DNA from: Micavibrio sp.
Lineage (GTDB): Bacteria; Patescibacteriota; Minisyncoccia; Moranbacterales; GCA-2747515
NCBI GenBank assembly: GCA_020718085.1
Contig: DYDB01000005.1
Coordinates: 4,109-68,108, forward strand
Length of the DNA stretch: 64,000 nt
Direction of reading: 5' to 3'
The translations under genes were made by a program, and so were the position numbers. Below are positions 61,092 to 64,000 of this stretch, piece by piece (position 1 is the first letter of the stretch; each line of letters opens with the position of its first letter). The notes beneath the pieces are model-generated. The model saw only the letters and a list, made by a program, of their open reading frames with translations. It was not told the origin of the DNA and searched no databases.

Positions 61092-62234
61092 TTATGCACT
61101 TTTTACAGGCATTACGATGTATGTGTATCTTTCCACAATCTCTCCATTTTTATATCCACGAAACATCACTGGTGACGAATTACTGTTGATCATGACACTT
61201 ACCTCCTCCTCATCAATTCGTCCAATACCATCGATAACAAACCGCGGATTAAGCACGATACCTTGCGGCTCTCCTTTTACTTTTACAGATAGTTCAGTTG
61301 TGTTTTCACCAACTTCTTGTTGTCTTGTTGTAATTTTAAGCGTATTTTCATCAATATCCAAATGGATCTCACCACTTTCTCTACCCGTAAAAACCGTTGT
61401 CACTTTCATTGCCTCCATCAGAGCATCTTTTGTAATTACGATGTCTGTAAGTGCACTCTTTGGAATGATCTGTCTATAGTCTGGATACGAACCATCGATC
61501 AATCTTGCCGTTATGGACAAGTCTCCACAGACAAAAAAGAGATGATTTTCTTCAATGCTGCATTGAATTGTGCCATGTTCATCAGAAAGCTTGTGAATAT
61601 ATGCACATAATTGCTGTGGCAAAATAATATTTTGATTATTCTCCGTAACAGATTGGTATTTTTGCATATCTGTTACCAGCTCATGCGCTGGAATACGAAC
61701 CTCTCCCAAGCGAAAACTGTCTGTTGCAGCACTACAGATCTCATCTGCACCAAAAGACATAAAGACGCCCGTTAACTCGATGCGCGTCTCGGTTTTTGAT
61801 GTAAAATGCAATACTTTTGCAATAGATTCCTTGAGTTGTGGCAGAAGAAGCTCAACCATGTTTTGCGCACTACTTTGTGGAATAATGGGAAAATCATCAA
61901 CATCATATCCGTTCACTCTCGCTTTATGTGCACCGCTTTGCAATGTTAATATGCGCCCCTCTACGCTCATAATTATGTGATCAGTGCCACGCAAAGCTGT
62001 AAGAAAATTTCCCAAAAGACTCGCTGAAACAACAATTTTTCCCGGTGCGTCAATTTTTGCCTGAATTCTCTTTACAATGCCTATTTCTAGATTTGTTGCA
62101 GAAAAACAAAGTTGTCCGCCATCCGTCTCGATTAAAATATTATTAAGAATGGACAATGTTGCACTTTTACTCGTAGCAAATTCCGTTGCATGAAGTGCGC
62201 TCTTCAAGTTCTCATAAGTACATGTTGCCTTCAT
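61092..62234 (-). CDS. dnaN: DNA polymerase III beta clamp
   Basis: ATNLE, DFP, ATDSFRL, RLIDGSYPDY, IVMP. Confidence 0.96.
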   Translation of the reverse strand: MKATCTYENLKSALHATEFATSKSATLSILNNILIETDGGQLCFSATNLEIGIVKRIQAKIDAPGKIVVSASLLGNFLTALRGTDHIIMSVEGRILTLQSGAHKARVNGYDVDDFPIIPQSSAQNMVELLLPQLKESIAKVLHFTSKTETRIELTGVFMSFGADEICSAATDSFRLGEVRIPAHELVTDMQKYQSVTENNQNIILPQQLCAYIHKLSDEHGTIQCSIEENHLFFVCGDLSITARLIDGSYPDYRQIIPKSALTDIVITKDALMEAMKVTTVFTGRESGEIHLDIDENTLKITTRQQEVGENTTELSVKVKGEPQGIVLNPRFVIDGIGRIDEEEVSVMINSNSSPVMFRGYKNGEIVERYTYIVMPVKSA

Positions 62235-62265
62235 ATGTGTGTATTTTATGATAATTTATATATTT

Positions 62266-63720
62266 TTATGCTGAATAAAGCTTTTCACGCAAAAAACCAA
62301 TCTCTTCCTTGAGTCGTTCATTTTCTTTGAGTTCCCTGCTAATTTTTTCATACGCATGCAATGCTGTAGTGTGATCTCGACCACTGAAATACTTACCAAT
62401 ACCAGGATATGACATATTGAGCTCTTTGCGCAAAAGGTACATCGCAACTTGTCGTGGGTATACAACTTCCTTTTTACGTCCTTTTTTTATAAGCTCTTCT
62501 CTATCAATTTCATAAAATTCAGAAATTACGTCGATAACGTTTTTGTTTTGCACGCACCTTTTTTTACTACTCTGAATAATTTCTCCAAGTGCCTGCTCCA
62601 CCATTTGCTGCGTTGGTTCTTTTTTGTGCAGATCACAAATTGCAATTACACGATTTAGAGCACCTTCCAATTCACGTATATTATTTTTAATATTTTCCGA
62701 CATAAATCGCAACACATCATCACTGAGATAAAAACCTTTTTCCATTGCCTTTGTACGTAGAATTGCAATACGTGTTTCCAAATCTGGCTGACTCACATCC
62801 ACGATCATACCCCCTTCAAAACGTGATCTTAAACGCTCTTCCAAGGTGCTAATTGCCTTAGGTGGACGATCACTTGAAATTACTATTTGTTTATTAAGAT
62901 TGTATAAAACATTGAAAATGTGAAAGAATTCTTGTTGTGTTTTTTCTTTTCCGGCCAAAAACTGAACATCATCAATGATCAACAGATCAACAAGTTGATA
63001 ATCTTCCTTGAACTTATCCGCTTTATTATTTTTGATGGCATTGACCAATTCTGCTGTAAATCGCTCAGATGTTGTATATACGATTTTTTTTGTTGCATCA
63101 TTGGAACGTACGTGATTGCCAATCGCTTGCAGAAGATGTGTTTTCCCCAACCCAACCTTTCCATAAATAAAAAGTGGATTATAAATCCTTCCCAGATTTT
63201 CACACACTGCATGACATGCAGCTTTTGCCAGTTCATTATGTTCTCCCACAATAAAATTATCGAATGTATATCGATTATTGAGGTTGAGATTATTTGCAGA
63301 GAGTAATGAGTTTACAGGTGCAGATTTTGATGAGGTGTTCTGATATGTCCTTTTGACATCTGTTTCTTGCACACTTTTCTTTGTTGTGTATTCTCGGCCA
63401 TCAGAAGATTGCTCTTTTTCTTGATCTTTTCTTGCATAAAAAGCACCTTGTTCATTTTTTTGTTCTACTTCTTGCGGGTTATATACGGCACACCCCATAC
63501 TCACGATTGCCGGCATTTCATCACGAAGTGCCTGCAAAATATACGATTGATATTTATTCTCCAACCATTCTTTTGCGAAACCATTTGGAACACCCACAAT
63601 CACATGATTATTTTCAATTGACAAAATTCTGGTATTTTTAAACCATGTACTAAAGTTTGCTTTTGAAATTGACAATTCAATACTGCCAAGCACCGATCTC
63701 CACAAATCTACATTATTCAT
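62266..63720 (-). CDS. dnaA: Chromosomal replication initiator DnaA
   Basis: YNPLFIYG.VGLGKTHL, IDDVQF, RLRSRF, NIRELEGA, RDHTT. Confidence 0.98.
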   Translation of the reverse strand: MNNVDLWRSVLGSIELSISKANFSTWFKNTRILSIENNHVIVGVPNGFAKEWLENKYQSYILQALRDEMPAIVSMGCAVYNPQEVEQKNEQGAFYARKDQEKEQSSDGREYTTKKSVQETDVKRTYQNTSSKSAPVNSLLSANNLNLNNRYTFDNFIVGEHNELAKAACHAVCENLGRIYNPLFIYGKVGLGKTHLLQAIGNHVRSNDATKKIVYTTSERFTAELVNAIKNNKADKFKEDYQLVDLLIIDDVQFLAGKEKTQQEFFHIFNVLYNLNKQIVISSDRPPKAISTLEERLRSRFEGGMIVDVSQPDLETRIAILRTKAMEKGFYLSDDVLRFMSENIKNNIRELEGALNRVIAICDLHKKEPTQQMVEQALGEIIQSSKKRCVQNKNVIDVISEFYEIDREELIKKGRKKEVVYPRQVAMYLLRKELNMSYPGIGKYFSGRDHTTALHAYEKISRELKENERLKEEIGFLREKLYSA

Positions 63721-63789
63721 TACATTTCACTAATCATTTATTACATTGATACAGTTTCCGTGTAAAGAATTACCCCTATTTAATCCTTT

Positions 63790-63957
63790 TTACCCACAAA
63801 AACATGTGACTTTTTTGTTATCCACATGATATCCCCATATCAGTGAGTGCATTTTGCCACGTGTTCATTAGGAAAATTATAACACCGTTCCCCTATTACA
63901 CAAAATATAGCTAGTTATCCACAGTTTGTGAACAACCTGTGGATAACTAGCTATATT
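63790..63957. other. DnaA-box cluster, probable oriC
   Basis: TTATCCACA at 63818 and 63915, TGTGGATAA at 63938, variants at 63790 and 63927; directly upstream of dnaA. Confidence 0.8.
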
Positions 63958-64000
63958 CCCCGATAAGTTTACCTATATAATATTGACTTCTTTCATTTGA

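Noticed and set aside
1-64000. Recoded UGA (genetic code 25)
   Set aside because: Conserved genes are full length under code 11 and several end in TGA (ruvC, metG, pyrC)

Overview
Low-GC bacterial chromosome segment using standard code 11, with few Shine-Dalgarno motifs. Gene content (DUF4446, DUF3048, 7TM + ATP-grasp, lamin-tail protein, degenerate DHH, tandem PilB) suggests Patescibacteria/CPR, Parcubacteria-like; this taxonomy is inference. From 1 to ~7.05 kb is the right end of an element integrated at tRNA-Gly(TCC) by a large serine recombinase. It carries a PIN-domain gene, an AIPR gene, membrane ORFans, two structured leader RNAs and a non-coding repeat array. The rest is mostly housekeeping (infB, cysK, cca, tRNA-Leu, nrdAB, ahpC, metG, ruvABC, rpsT, pyrC, holA, polA, PBP1A, dnaN, dnaA) and ends in a DnaA-box cluster (oriC). 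The strongest unannotated signals are: (1) a leaderless tri-cysteine leader peptide with terminator/antiterminator controlling cysteine synthase; (2) an Fst/PepA1-like 29-aa peptide converging on a highly structured ncRNA (candidate type I TA); (3) four ATP-grasp ligases with a 7TM protein, an aspartic protease domain and a convergent DUF1704/MATCAP-like peptidase; (4) a ~270-nt orphan ncRNA; (5) a circularly permuted DsbA. All family calls come from motif recognition by eye, with no database searches.
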